A DNA stretch of 64,000 bases from an uncultured Nitrososphaerota archaeon (lineage in GTDB: Archaea; Thermoproteota; Nitrososphaeria; Nitrososphaerales; Nitrosopumilaceae): positions 32,001 to 96,000 of the forward strand of contig OY969559.1 in assembly GCA_963701075.1 (NCBI GenBank). The letters run 5' to 3'. This document shows positions 10,016 through 20,773 of this stretch, piece by piece. The notes below the pieces were generated by a model, which was not told the DNA's origin, ran no database searches, and worked only from the letters and a program-made list of their open reading frames with translations. Position 1 is the first letter of the stretch, and the number at the start of each line of letters is the position of its first letter. The translations under genes were made by a program, and so were the position numbers.

Positions 10016-10844
10016 ATGCTAAAACAAGCAATGGCAAGCATACTGACATCAGAGGAAACTGAAGAGTCTATACGGTGCATTTGACCAGATAGGAAGCATA
10101 ATAATATTAAGAATTCCAGACACCCTACTTTCCAAAAGAAAGCTAATAGGTGAAATTCTCTTGGAAAAGGTAAAAACTGCCAAGTCAATCTTTTATCAAT
10201 CATCGCCAGTAGAAGGAGATTACCGAATTCGTCAACTAGAATTGCTTGCCGGAGAAGACAATACGGTAACAGAGTACAAAGAACATGGTTGCAGATTCAA
10301 GGTGGACGTTGAAAAGACATTCTTTTCACCCAGGCTTGCAACGGAACGTCTCAGAATAGCGGATTTAGTAAAAGAGGGCGAAATAATCATCAATATGTTC
10401 GGTGGAGTAGGGATGTTTTCCATAGTAGCTGCAAAAAAGAAAAAATGTCATGTCTATAACATAGACATAAACCCACATGCAGCAAAACTCTGTTCAGAAA
10501 ATGTCATTCTTAACAAGTTAAAGGGCACAGTAGAGTCAATAGAAGGAGACGCTGTAGACATTATAGAAAAAAAACTAGTTAACAGTGGAGATAGAGTTCT
10601 AATGTTACTTCCCGAGAGATCAGACGAATTCTTGGATGTTGCCATAAAGGCATTAAAACAAAAAGGGATTCTGCATTATTATTGTCACATACATTCAGAT
10701 AAAAAAAGTCAGGTCTCAGAAGTAGTCACTAATCATTTCTTATCAGTTGTAAAATTCAAATCAGAAATACTTGGTGCAAAAATTGTCAGACCAGTAGGTC
10801 CAAGGTTTTACCAAGCCGTAGTAGATGCTGTAATATCTAAATGA
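10016..10844 (+). CDS. Trm5/TYW2 (Met-10+) family tRNA methyltransferase; +1 frameshift at ~10067
   Basis: EHGCRFKVD, FFSPRL, NMFGGVG; the N-terminus MLKQAM...ELYGAFDQIG joins after removing one base in AG[T]CT. Confidence 0.85.
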
Positions 10845-11081
10845 TTATTTTTTATCGTCGGTAATAAAAGAAGATGGTGACGGCCGAGATGTTGCCATGT
10901 TATATCCTATCCAAGATATTACTCCCAAAATTCCTCCCACTGCCATAAGTACTGAGAGTTGAAGCACTATTGGGCTCCATTCTGAAAGCATCAACAGATA
11001 TGCATATACAAAGAATCCCCCTATTGATAAGACGAAAATCATTATTCCCATAGAACGTCGTTTTGCCATAACGCTAAACAC
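10845..11081 (-). CDS. Small membrane protein with two TM helices
   Basis: Two hydrophobic stretches; fills the gap between genes. Confidence 0.6.
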   Translation of the reverse strand: MFSVMAKRRSMGIMIFVLSIGGFFVYAYLLMLSEWSPIVLQLSVLMAVGGILGVISWIGYNMATSRPSPSSFITDDKK

Positions 11082-11105
11082 TTTTGCAGAGTTATTTATT
11101 TTAAT

Positions 11106-11606
11106 CTAGTATGAGAATTCAATTGTCATAAGATAAGCGTCCTCGCCATCTCGGTAGTATGCCTTCAGCCTCTGTTTTATTATAAAACCAAGTTTCTCAT
11201 ACAGTTTTATTGCTTCATTATTACTACATCTCACCTCAAGATACAGTTCGTCTGATTTCTTTAGTTTTACACCTACTATGGCCTCTTCAACTAGTGCCCT
11301 ACCAATTCCCTTCTGCCTATGTTCAGGCAAAACTGCAATAGAGACAACATGGCCTTTTTTCACAAACCCGAGTTTTTTGAAATTTGAAAAGCCATATTCA
11401 ATTTTACACATTATGTATCCAACTAATTTTTGCTCAGCCTCAGCCACAAGAAATGCCTCTGGCAACTCAGCAAGTAGGCTTTCATAGAAATAATCCGAAT
11501 AGTGTTCGGGGAGGGTTTTTAGGTTGATCTCCATTACAGGGATTATATCAGAGGGATCACATCTTCGAATTACGCAGTTACCAATGTCTCTGAGAGCCAC
11601 TTGCAT
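11106..11606 (-). CDS. rimI: N-terminal acetyltransferase, RimI/Ard1 family (GNAT)
   Basis: LPEHY, GHVVSIAV, RQKGIG, LEVRCSN, YYRDGEDA. Confidence 0.9.
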   Translation of the reverse strand: MQVALRDIGNCVIRRCDPSDIIPVMEINLKTLPEHYSDYFYESLLAELPEAFLVAEAEQKLVGYIMCKIEYGFSNFKKLGFVKKGHVVSIAVLPEHRQKGIGRALVEEAIVGVKLKKSDELYLEVRCSNNEAIKLYEKLGFIIKQRLKAYYRDGEDAYLMTIEFSY

Positions 11607-11684
11607 ACGAGAATACTTGAATTATTAATTATTTAACTTTAAGCAAATAAAAGAATTAATGTAAATGGATTATAGTAGTATTGA

Positions 11685-12767
11685 TTGAGCGCGCCAACTA
11701 TAGATGAAGTCATATCTACTGTTTCTACTTTTTGCACCATAAAAGGAATAAACCAAACTACTGCATCTTTGGAAATTGAGATAAATGAAACAATTGTAAC
11801 AGAAAAATTCAGAGATCTTGCACAAAACATGGAACAGAGAAATCTCATTGCAAGACTAGAGAAAAATTCGAAAGGTACGTTTATCATAATATCAAGATTC
11901 CAACCTCCTACAGCTAGAAGGGCATGGATTCCCCGTGTACTGTTTGCTGGAACCATCATGACGGTAATGATAGATGGATACTATCGTGCAGTATCAACAA
12001 ATTCGATCGCAAAGGTTGGAGACCCGCTTTCCATAGCAATTTTTTATACAATATCATTGATGGGAATTCTTGGCATCCATGAATTAGGCCACATCATAGC
12101 ATCAAAAAAACATAAACTCAAAGTAAGCTGGCCATATTTTATTCCAGGAATTCCAATAATTGGATTCATTCCTACATTTGGTGCTCTTATCATGTCACGC
12201 GGCCTAATCATAAATAGAAACATGCTCTTTGATGTTGGAATATCAGGACCCATAGCAGGTCTTGTTGTTGCGATACTTGTTTCAACCTATGGTGCATCCA
12301 TTTCTCCTTTGATACCAATTTCGTCTGTTCAGGAATTATCCGCAAAACAAGGACTTGTGGATATCCACTCAAGTGTTCTCATGGATGCGACAATTGCTCT
12401 TGCAGGCAAACACATACCAGGAAAAGAACTCGTCATGTCACCAGTTTTGTTAGCAGCTTGGTTTGGATTTCTCATTACTTTCTTGAATCTTCTTCCAGCA
12501 TGGCAGCTTGATGGTGGTCACATGGCACGAGCAACGTTTGGAATAAAATGGCACCGGCTTCTCACTTATGTTAGCATAGGAATACTTGCAGTTACTGGGT
12601 ATTTCATAATGGCATTTTTGGTATTGACGTTGAGCATGAGAAGTCCAGATGCAAAACCCCTAGATGACATATCACCACTTTCCTCAAAAAGAAAAAAAAT
12701 ATTTGTATTTGTTATGATTCTAGCTTTTCTTTGTGCGCCTCTTCCGTTTTCAATATTACCTCAGTAG
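11685..12767 (+). CDS. Site-2 protease family (M50) membrane metalloprotease
   Basis: HELGH and NLLPAWQLDGG motifs; multiple TM helices. Confidence 0.9.
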   Translation: MSAPTIDEVISTVSTFCTIKGINQTTASLEIEINETIVTEKFRDLAQNMEQRNLIARLEKNSKGTFIIISRFQPPTARRAWIPRVLFAGTIMTVMIDGYYRAVSTNSIAKVGDPLSIAIFYTISLMGILGIHELGHIIASKKHKLKVSWPYFIPGIPIIGFIPTFGALIMSRGLIINRNMLFDVGISGPIAGLVVAILVSTYGASISPLIPISSVQELSAKQGLVDIHSSVLMDATIALAGKHIPGKELVMSPVLLAAWFGFLITFLNLLPAWQLDGGHMARATFGIKWHRLLTYVSIGILAVTGYFIMAFLVLTLSMRSPDAKPLDDISPLSSKRKKIFVFVMILAFLCAPLPFSILPQ

Positions 12768-13844
12768 AACACGCGAGCCATCTGATACTATGACGGCTTT
12801 TTGTCTCTCACCATATGTTTTGAGCACATATTCCATTGATTCTTTGGTTCCTCCAAACGGAATCATTGCAAGCTTGTCTTTGCTATAGTAATGCGGCAAT
12901 ACAGAGACGATCCCAATTTTGATTAGTTTTTGAATCTCAGTTAAGAAAAGAAGGTTTTCCATACCATCAACATACTTGGCAGGACTCTTTAGCCGGTCCA
13001 AGCTCATACTGCCTTCGGCATATTGAAGAAGGGCTTCTGCCCCCAGTCCATTTTTACACTCAGCCAATAGTATTGCAAGACCTTCTTCTTTTACAGCATT
13101 TGCACAATTCCATAATGCAGAAAGTGATCTGCTCAATGTTTCATTGCTTGCTTCCTTGCCAGTGCTGATAAACAACACTCTATGTTTACCTACGTCATTT
13201 ATCATTGCAGAAGACAGAGATTTGGAGAGTGCTATTGTAGAAGATGGATGTCCTACAGATACATCAACTACCCCTGATGAATTTGCAACCACTTCAAGTG
13301 ATGATATCTCAAACCCATCTGTGAATTTTTTTGCCACCTCAATAGTTGACAAATCCTCTCCTGGATGTGGCATGTTTCCAGTTTTCTTTTCATATGCCTC
13401 CAACATCTGTTCTTTTCCAAATCTTCGCAATAATTTTGTAGATACTGTGCTATATCCAAATAATCCATCAAATTCCATTTCACCAACAAACATAAGATTG
13501 GTACCTGTTAGCTGAGAATTGTTAAATTCAGAAATTAATATGGAAGGATCGGAGAACATGTTTTTGACAAGATGTAGATTTGATTTATCTACAAGAATTC
13601 GGGGTTTGGGAAGTGATTTTTGATTACAAATTTCCAATAGACCAGAGATTACTTTTTGAACAGCTTTTGTGGATTCCAAAATAACAATCTCGGTTGGTTT
13701 TGTAAGATCTATTGACTGCAATTTTGAGGCAATGCCAGAATCACTCAAATTTGTGCCCTCTAGTCCTATTTGTCTCTCAAGGTTCTCAGCCTTTATGTCC
13801 AATACAACCTCTGTTGGACCGTAGCTAAGCCAAATCTCAGGCAT
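12756..13844 (-). CDS. LarA/DUF2088-like domain protein
   Basis: IWLSYG start and AVKEEGLAILLAECKNGLG resemble the lactate-racemase-like fold. Confidence 0.55.
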   Translation of the reverse strand: MPEIWLSYGPTEVVLDIKAENLERQIGLEGTNLSDSGIASKLQSIDLTKPTEIVILESTKAVQKVISGLLEICNQKSLPKPRILVDKSNLHLVKNMFSDPSILISEFNNSQLTGTNLMFVGEMEFDGLFGYSTVSTKLLRRFGKEQMLEAYEKKTGNMPHPGEDLSTIEVAKKFTDGFEISSLEVVANSSGVVDVSVGHPSSTIALSKSLSSAMINDVGKHRVLFISTGKEASNETLSRSLSALWNCANAVKEEGLAILLAECKNGLGAEALLQYAEGSMSLDRLKSPAKYVDGMENLLFLTEIQKLIKIGIVSVLPHYYSKDKLAMIPFGGTKESMEYVLKTYGERQKAVIVSDGSRVLLR

Positions 13845-13893
13845 ACCATACCGATGGGACAGTTAAAATAAATCTAGTTCGGTAAATTTTGCT

Positions 13894-14503
13894 GTGGATT
13901 TTGTCAAAGAATTTGCAATATTTTTACAGGAAAGTACTGCCATAAAGTTTGGAGATTTCAACCTTTCTAGCGGAAAGAAGAGTGCATATTACATTGATCT
14001 TCGAATAATACCGAGTTTTCCACACCAATTTAGGAAGATGATAAAACATCTTCAAAACACCATTGCTGAAAAAATCGGCCTGGATAGCTTTGATTGTATT
14101 GCATCAGTACCAACATCTGGACTTGTGATAGACTTCTGCATTAGCAATAGAAACAGTGAAGCCACTTGTATACATCAGACAAAAACCAAAAGACTATGGT
14201 ACAGGCAGCCTAATCGAGGGGAAGATAATGCAAGGAACAAAGGTATTACTTGTTGATGACGTGGGAACAACAGGACAGTCCCTAGTTAGTGCCATCAGAG
14301 CACTAAAGGATGCTAAAATGATCGTAACTGACGCGTTTGTGATAGTAAATAGATTCGAAGGCGCAAGAGAACTTTTGGCATCAGAAGGTGTAAGATTACA
14401 TGAAGTCATGGATGTGATACAGATCTCAAGTATATTATATCATGAAAAATTACTTGACGAACAAACGTTTGAACGAATTAAAAAACAAATGAATGTGGCC
14501 TAA
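13894..14503 (+). CDS. pyrE: Orotate phosphoribosyltransferase; +1 frameshift at ~14132
   Basis: FGDFNLSSGKKSAYYIDLR, KDYG, LLVDDVGTTG; the two ORFs join across AG[A]CT. Confidence 0.9.
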
Positions 14504-14523
14504 TCCAAAAAAAACTTGTACAT

Positions 14524-15087
14524 TTAGCTTTCATAGATCATTAGTTCTTTTTCTTCAAGTAGTGTGTGTAGATTATGTACCGCACGGTATACATCAGACT
14601 CTTTCTTTGCTCCGGTACAGACCAATTTTCCTGATGCAAATAACAAGATAACTGTCTTGGGATCAAGCATTCTGTGTATCAGACCAGGAAATTGTTCTGG
14701 CTCATACATGCTCCTAGACAAGCTTCTTGCTGCCTGTTCTAGATGTATTCTTCCTCCAAGACTGGCTGAGGCCACTATGTTTTGGATGACTATTACCGCA
14801 TCTTTTTTTATCTTGATTCCTCCTTTTCTTAATTTTTGGACTACACTTCGCACTGCTTTGATTGCCTGTTCTTCAGATTTTGCACCGGTGCAAACCATTT
14901 TACCTGAGCTAAAGATCAGTGTTGCAGTCTTGGGAGATTTTATTCTAAAGACAAGACCTGGAAATTGATCAGGATGATATTCAACATCAGGAAAAGTTTG
15001 AGTGATAACGTTAAGATCAATGCGTTGATCAACTGAAGCAGAAGCCACAACATTTTCAATGCTAACGATAGGTTTTGTTTGAGGCAT
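14524..15087 (-). CDS. tbp: TATA-binding protein
   Basis: Two repeats, NVVAS...FPGL...IFSSGKMVCTGAK and NIVAS...FPGL...LFASGKLVCTGAK. Confidence 0.97.
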   Translation of the reverse strand: MPQTKPIVSIENVVASASVDQRIDLNVITQTFPDVEYHPDQFPGLVFRIKSPKTATLIFSSGKMVCTGAKSEEQAIKAVRSVVQKLRKGGIKIKKDAVIVIQNIVASASLGGRIHLEQAARSLSRSMYEPEQFPGLIHRMLDPKTVILLFASGKLVCTGAKKESDVYRAVHNLHTLLEEKELMIYES

Positions 15088-15367
15088 TCCGCTGTTTATA
15101 TATGGGCTTTATATATACTCTGTAACGTTTCATGACGGTGTTCTTTGTGTCAAATTTATCAGATCACTTTTAGATTTTTGGCAGCTCAGACAAATGCCTT
15201 TACATCATTCATTTCAGCCATAACTCTGATTCCTCATTGCAGCCAAATCAAGATAGTTAACTGATTATTTTAAAATTGGTTTCATGGTTTAAACAAGTGT
15301 GAAAGTAGAATTACTAAACCGAGTTTTCCTTTAGAACACAACAAAAATTGATTGAGAGTTAAATTGA

Positions 15368-15441
15368 TGGGCCCAAAGGGCTTCGATCCCTTGGCTCACC
15401 GGTTATGAGCCGGTTACTCTACCAAGCTGAGTTATGGGCCC
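15368..15441 (-). tRNA. tRNA with CAU anticodon, probably tRNA-Ile2 (agmatidine type); tRNA-Met possible
   Basis: GGGCCCA...CCGG CTCATAA CCGG...TGGGCCCA cloverleaf; the GGGCCC acceptor stem resembles archaeal Ile tRNAs. Confidence 0.85.
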
Positions 15442-15483
15442 AACGACAGAACAATTCGGTATGTAATATAAAATGGTATAGAG

Positions 15484-16122
15484 CTAGCAATATGCTTGAT
15501 AGCAACTGTCCAGTAAGAGATTCTGAGCTTCCATTGACTTGCTAGCAATTTGAACTAGATCATCTTCTTTGGATGCTGATGACTTTTCAAGGACTTTTCT
15601 CCATAATGCCGCGTGTCTAATATCGGCCTCAGTATGAATTCTGAAATATTCAATTGCGTCGTCATCTGATATACCATAGAATTTCCTCAGACCATCAATC
15701 TTTGAAAGGCTGATCTTTGGAATTTCTTGTTCTAGCGCATACATTGCTGCTGCACCTTCTTCAAAGGGAGTCATCAATGCAGATAGATTAGATACTGCCT
15801 GTCTTGTCTTATCAAGACCCACGTAATTTTGTATTTCGTCATGTGAGATTCCTAAGGAACCTGCAAATTTTGTCCAAGGTTCAATATGCTCATATTCTTC
15901 ATTTTGGTTTACTGATATTTTTCCCCTTAGGTCAGATGGGCTGTTTTTCATTATTGCTCCAACAAAGGAAGGAACAGATTTTACTAACTGAAAGTATTCT
16001 TTGGAATAACCACTAAGGGATTCAAGTGATAATTGGCCCTCATTCCACATTACATAGAATTTGTGTTTTAGGAGACTTTGTTCTTCAATGATTTTATCAA
16101 TTCTTTGAATGAGGGTGCTCAT
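15484..16122 (-). CDS. CADD/PqqC/TenA heme-oxygenase-like dimetal protein
   Basis: HKFYVMW, EEYEH, ALEQEIP, HTEADIRH metal-ligand pattern. Confidence 0.8.
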   Translation of the reverse strand: MSTLIQRIDKIIEEQSLLKHKFYVMWNEGQLSLESLSGYSKEYFQLVKSVPSFVGAIMKNSPSDLRGKISVNQNEEYEHIEPWTKFAGSLGISHDEIQNYVGLDKTRQAVSNLSALMTPFEEGAAAMYALEQEIPKISLSKIDGLRKFYGISDDDAIEYFRIHTEADIRHAALWRKVLEKSSASKEDDLVQIASKSMEAQNLLLDSCYQAYC

Positions 16123-16206
16123 GCGATTTATCAAAATTCAGTACTAAAAAAATCTTTTGAATGACTCCAAAAGGATTTTATGGATAAGAAACAGGATGCA
16201 GGTCAG

Positions 16207-16297
16207 GCTCCAGTGGTGTAGACCGGTCAAGCATGGGGGACTTTCAATCCTCCGACCCGGGTTCAAATTCTATTCGATGAAAATCCCGGCTGGAGCA
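16207..16297 (+). tRNA. tRNA-Glu(UUC) with a 16-nt intron at 59/60 (16268-16283)
   Basis: GCTCCAG/CTGGAGC acceptor stem, anticodon TTC; BHB motif with TTCA/TGAA helix and AAT bulges. Confidence 0.9.
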
Positions 16298-16352
16298 CCT
16301 ATACAAAAGCATTAATATTCTTACCATTTCCTACGCACGATAGTGCAGTTTT

Positions 16353-17204
16353 TTGGATAGAAAAAACTTTGAGATCAATCCGTTAATCAAAGACTACAAA
16401 AACTATATTGATTCAATAAATCAAGCACTTAAAAAAGAACTAGAACTTTATTCCGCTTCAGAATTTTTTGAGCCTCTGCAATATGCACTTGAGGGAGGAA
16501 AAAGAATAAGACCCATCATTCTTGTCTTGGCTGCTGAAAGTGTTGGCAAGTGTAATGAACATGCGTTCATTGCTGCTTGCGCAGTAGAACTATTACACAC
16601 TGAATCCGTAATTCACGATGATATAATCGATAATGAGATTCTAAGGAGACGAAAGGATCCATTTCACATCAAGTATGGATATAATACAAGTATAATGACT
16701 GGCGATTTTGTTCTTGGATTGATTCTGAACATATCTTCACGTCTTGACAACTCACGAATAGCAAGAGAACTTGCAAATACAGCCATGATGATGAGCGATG
16801 GTGAGATGATAGAAACGAGACTAGAGACAAGCGAGGATATCACCTTTGATGACTATCTCAAAGTCATTGAATACAAGACTGCAACCGCATTTGAGGCAGC
16901 AACAAAGATTGGCGCCATTCTAGGAGGCGGCAATGAGGAGCAGATCATGGCATTTGCTGAATATGGCAAGAACATGGGAATTGCCTACCAGATTCGTGAT
17001 GATTTACAGGATTGGAATAACGAGGATAAGCTATTCAATACGCTGATTAAGAAAAGCTCAGATCCACGCAATGTTTTTGATCACATGGACATGTTACTAA
17101 ACAACTACTCAAAGAAAGCCAAGATAGCACTTAGGAAAATGGATGACGGTCCAGCAAGAAGAAGACTCGATAGTCTACTAGATCTTACTATGCTTAATGT
17201 ATAG
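16353..17204 (+). CDS. Polyprenyl (geranylgeranyl) diphosphate synthase
   Basis: GGKRIRP, HDDIID (FARM), YKTA, QIRDD (SARM). Confidence 0.92.
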   Translation: MDRKNFEINPLIKDYKNYIDSINQALKKELELYSASEFFEPLQYALEGGKRIRPIILVLAAESVGKCNEHAFIAACAVELLHTESVIHDDIIDNEILRRRKDPFHIKYGYNTSIMTGDFVLGLILNISSRLDNSRIARELANTAMMMSDGEMIETRLETSEDITFDDYLKVIEYKTATAFEAATKIGAILGGGNEEQIMAFAEYGKNMGIAYQIRDDLQDWNNEDKLFNTLIKKSSDPRNVFDHMDMLLNNYSKKAKIALRKMDDGPARRRLDSLLDLTMLNV

Positions 17205-18681
17205 TAGAAAGATTTGCGAGAACTGGAACAGCTGATTTTGCAAATTCAATAAATGGACCTGGATACACTCCAATTCCAACCATGAAGATTATTGAAAATA
17301 TCATGACAGCTATTATGGATCTTGGTTCTTTTACTCTCTTTTCAGATTCGCCTTCTTCAAAGTACATCTTTCGTATTATCCAACCATAGTATGCAAGAGA
17401 CAGCGCACTGTTTAGTACTCCTGCCACAGCCAAGTATGGCGCCCATGGTATAGAGGCACCAGCATTTATCGCGGCACCAAATAACATGAGCTTACTCCAA
17501 AATCCATTGAGGGGTGGAACTCCTGCCAAAGCTAAAAGCGATATGACTAGTCCAAGCGAAGTAATCGGCATTCGTTTTCCAAGTCCACGAAGCTTGTCAA
17601 TGTGAGTGATAGATAGTGTTACAGCTATTCCTGCTACAGCTATGAACGCAGCAGCTTTCATGACAGCGTGATTTAGAATATGAAAGAGTGCAGCTGCAAT
17701 ACCAATTGCAGAAAATGGCGCGATACTCAAACCAATCAGAATGTACCCAGCATGGCTGATGCTAGAGTATGCAAGCATTCTTGAGATATTCTTCTGCCTT
17801 ATGGCTGCCAAGTTTCCCCAAGTCATAGTGACTATAGCTATTACAGCAAGGGCAAGAGACCAGTTGAGATTAAGGGCTATTGCGCCCATTACTATTACAC
17901 GCAGGGCTGCGGCAAAGCCAGCTTTTTTCGTTCCTGCTGCAAGCAATGCAGCGATTGTTGGTGGCGCTCCCTCATACGTATCTGGAAGCCACATGTGGAA
18001 AGGCACCAAGCCAATTTTGAATCCAAATCCAGCTATGAACATTCCAACTGCGAGTATGGCCAGTGGTGCCATGTCTGGGCTTAGATGTGAAAAGCCAGCT
18101 ATCACTTGTCCTATGTTAGTTGAACCCGTAAGGCCGTATGCTATTGATATTCCCCAGAGTATTATTCCTGAAGATAGGGCTCCAAATAGAAAGTATTTGA
18201 TAGCTGCTTCGTTTGAACTTGGATCTTTTTTGTTAAATCCAGCCAGTACATAAGTTGGAATACTCATCAATTCCCAGGCAACAAACAACATTACTAGATC
18301 AGTAGAATATGCAATCAGTACCATTCCTATTGCCGATAATATTATCAGGGAATAGTAGACAGCAGGATTTGCTTTTCCTCGCATGTAGCTGAATGAACCA
18401 ACTGTTGTCATTACACTGACTATCAACATTGCAATTGCAAAGAAAGATCCAAACATGTCGTTTGAAAGCACGCCTTTTGAGAAAATTGCTCCAGGCGTAA
18501 CATGGTTTGAAACTATTTGATATACAACAAATGCGATTGCTGCAGCCAGTGCGGCAAATGCAATCCCACCATAAAGGGAATCATTCTTCTCTTTTCTTAC
18601 TACACTAATTACTGGAATTATTACTCCGACGGCTCCTAGCATCAGAGTTAGAATGATTGGTGTTGAGGTAAAGTCCATCAT
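17194..18681 (-). CDS. nuoN: Complex I subunit N
   Basis: EAAIKYF, FKIGLVPFHMWLPD, RMLAYSSISHAGY. Confidence 0.93.
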   Translation of the reverse strand: MMDFTSTPIILTLMLGAVGVIIPVISVVRKEKNDSLYGGIAFAALAAAIAFVVYQIVSNHVTPGAIFSKGVLSNDMFGSFFAIAMLIVSVMTTVGSFSYMRGKANPAVYYSLIILSAIGMVLIAYSTDLVMLFVAWELMSIPTYVLAGFNKKDPSSNEAAIKYFLFGALSSGIILWGISIAYGLTGSTNIGQVIAGFSHLSPDMAPLAILAVGMFIAGFGFKIGLVPFHMWLPDTYEGAPPTIAALLAAGTKKAGFAAALRVIVMGAIALNLNWSLALAVIAIVTMTWGNLAAIRQKNISRMLAYSSISHAGYILIGLSIAPFSAIGIAAALFHILNHAVMKAAAFIAVAGIAVTLSITHIDKLRGLGKRMPITSLGLVISLLALAGVPPLNGFWSKLMLFGAAINAGASIPWAPYLAVAGVLNSALSLAYYGWIIRKMYFEEGESEKRVKEPRSIIAVMIFSIIFMVGIGVYPGPFIEFAKSAVPVLANLSTIH

Positions 18682-18691
18682 ATTTTTTCAC

Positions 18692-20770
18692 CTAAATAAA
18701 CAGTAGTAACACTACTATCAATATGCCAGCACCAAATACATACAAGTAAGATTGAGAAATTCCTGTTTGTGTAGATTGTAATATTCTTGCACCGCCTGCC
18801 ATAGTTTTTTCAGGTATCAGGTTAAACCCTTCCATTACTTTATCTTCAAAGTAGCGATAGGCTCCTCTTGCAAGATACAATGGGCCTACAACAAATGTCC
18901 AGTTGATCAGTGCGTCAAGATACCACCTGTTGAGGAAAAACTTGTGTATTGCGTAAAATACAATATTTGAATTTACAAATTTTGCAGGATCTACAAATCG
19001 TCCAATGTAGAAAATATATCCTAGCACAAATCCAATCGCAAATGCGGAAAGAGAGGCGACTAGTGCAATTGGGTTAACGCCCTCTAGAAATCCCCCAAGT
19101 AGTTGCGAGGATCCAGTAGCAACTGCTCCTACTTGAGACTGGATTCCAAATGTTGAGGATAGATATGCTGTGAAAATGCTGTGTAGTTTACGTTCAAACG
19201 CCAAGCCCAGAACACCAACTCCAATCGTAAGAGCTGCTAGAATGCCATATGGAATCCACATCACAGGACTTGCCTCGTGTATATGGTATCCTTCCTTCTC
19301 CAAGTGCTCTACGTGTTTGCTCTTGTTACCAAAAAAGACCATTCCAATCATCCTAGTAGTGTAGAATGTTGTCATCACAGCAGTAATCACTGCCATGATA
19401 AATATCGGCATAGCCCAGGTATTACCCGATTGATATACAGCTGCAAAAATGGCATCTTTGCTCCAGAAACCTGATGTAATAAACGGAGCAGCCATTAATC
19501 CTAGTCCTGCGGCCCACATGAAGACATACGTCTTTGGCATGAGTCTTCGAAGTCCTCCCATGTCAGTCATAAATCTAGACCCAACTACATGCAGTAATGA
19601 GCCTGCGGCCATGAACAAGGAAGCTTTGAACATTGCATGTGAAATAAGCTGGAAGAAACCTGCAGTATAACCATCTACAAATTGCCTTGAAAGCCCAGCT
19701 ATGCCAAAGGCCATCATCATGTAACCAATTTGTGAGCCTGTTGAATATGCAAGTACTTTCTTTATTTCGGTTTGAACCATTCCTTGAGTAGCTAGAAGAA
19801 ATGCAGTGATTGCTCCAACCCAGGTTATTACTTCGAAGAATTGATCCATACTGATGCCAGCTGCTGCCAAGGCAAAGAACAGTGGACCTAACCTTGCTAC
19901 CAAAAATACACCAGCCTTTACCATTGTGGCTGCATGAATGAGTGCAGAAACTGGAGTAGGACCAGTCATTGCCTCAAGTAACCATTCGTTTAGTGGAAAT
20001 TGTGCTGATTTTCCTATAGCTCCTCCAAATAACAAAATTGCAGCCGGGACCAACAGGTTTTGAGAAGACATGGCAGTTGCCCAGCCTGTATTTGCCGCCA
20101 ATTCTTTAAATCCAAAAGTTCCTGCAAATGCAAAGATTAGGAACATTCCAGCTAACATCATAACGTCTCCAACTTTGGTCATGATGAATGCCTTCATTCC
20201 CGCTTGAGTAGGAGAGTAATAATCCAACAAGCCAAGAACTGTACGCCCTTCGATTCCTACATGATCCTTCTTTTTGTCCCTATACCAAAATCCTACTAGC
20301 GCGTATGATGCAAGACCCACACCCTCCCAACCAAAGAAGAGTTGCAGGAAATTGTCTGATAATACTATTAGTTGCATAGAGCCAATGAAGAAAGACATCC
20401 AGAAAAAGAACCTCATTAGATCCTTGTCGCCTTTCATGTAACCCGTGCTGTATATGAAAATCAAAAGTGATATCCATGCAACTACGTTGGTCATTATTGC
20501 AGCCAATGGGTCTGCCAAGATACCGGCTTTCAGTCCGATTGACGATATCCATGGAATTTGATTATGAATTTCTTGATTATGTAATGCAAGTGGAATTAGT
20601 GTTGCAGCTGAAATAGCGCTGACCAGAGCAAATGCTACTGCCACATATCCTGGAGATTTTTTTGATACTTTTGCCACAGCAGGTATTACCAATGCGCCAA
20701 CAAACGGCAATATCCAAATTGCCCATACGTTTAACGCGCTAGCACTAAGACCAAGAGAACTAAAATCCAT
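18692..20770 (-). CDS. nuoL: Complex I subunit L
   Basis: GKSAQFPL, PTPVSALIHAATMV, HAMFKASLF. Confidence 0.93.
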   Translation of the reverse strand: MDFSSLGLSASALNVWAIWILPFVGALVIPAVAKVSKKSPGYVAVAFALVSAISAATLIPLALHNQEIHNQIPWISSIGLKAGILADPLAAIMTNVVAWISLLIFIYSTGYMKGDKDLMRFFFWMSFFIGSMQLIVLSDNFLQLFFGWEGVGLASYALVGFWYRDKKKDHVGIEGRTVLGLLDYYSPTQAGMKAFIMTKVGDVMMLAGMFLIFAFAGTFGFKELAANTGWATAMSSQNLLVPAAILLFGGAIGKSAQFPLNEWLLEAMTGPTPVSALIHAATMVKAGVFLVARLGPLFFALAAAGISMDQFFEVITWVGAITAFLLATQGMVQTEIKKVLAYSTGSQIGYMMMAFGIAGLSRQFVDGYTAGFFQLISHAMFKASLFMAAGSLLHVVGSRFMTDMGGLRRLMPKTYVFMWAAGLGLMAAPFITSGFWSKDAIFAAVYQSGNTWAMPIFIMAVITAVMTTFYTTRMIGMVFFGNKSKHVEHLEKEGYHIHEASPVMWIPYGILAALTIGVGVLGLAFERKLHSIFTAYLSSTFGIQSQVGAVATGSSQLLGGFLEGVNPIALVASLSAFAIGFVLGYIFYIGRFVDPAKFVNSNIVFYAIHKFFLNRWYLDALINWTFVVGPLYLARGAYRYFEDKVMEGFNLIPEKTMAGGARILQSTQTGISQSYLYVFGAGILIVVLLLFI

Positions 20771-20773
20771 GTT

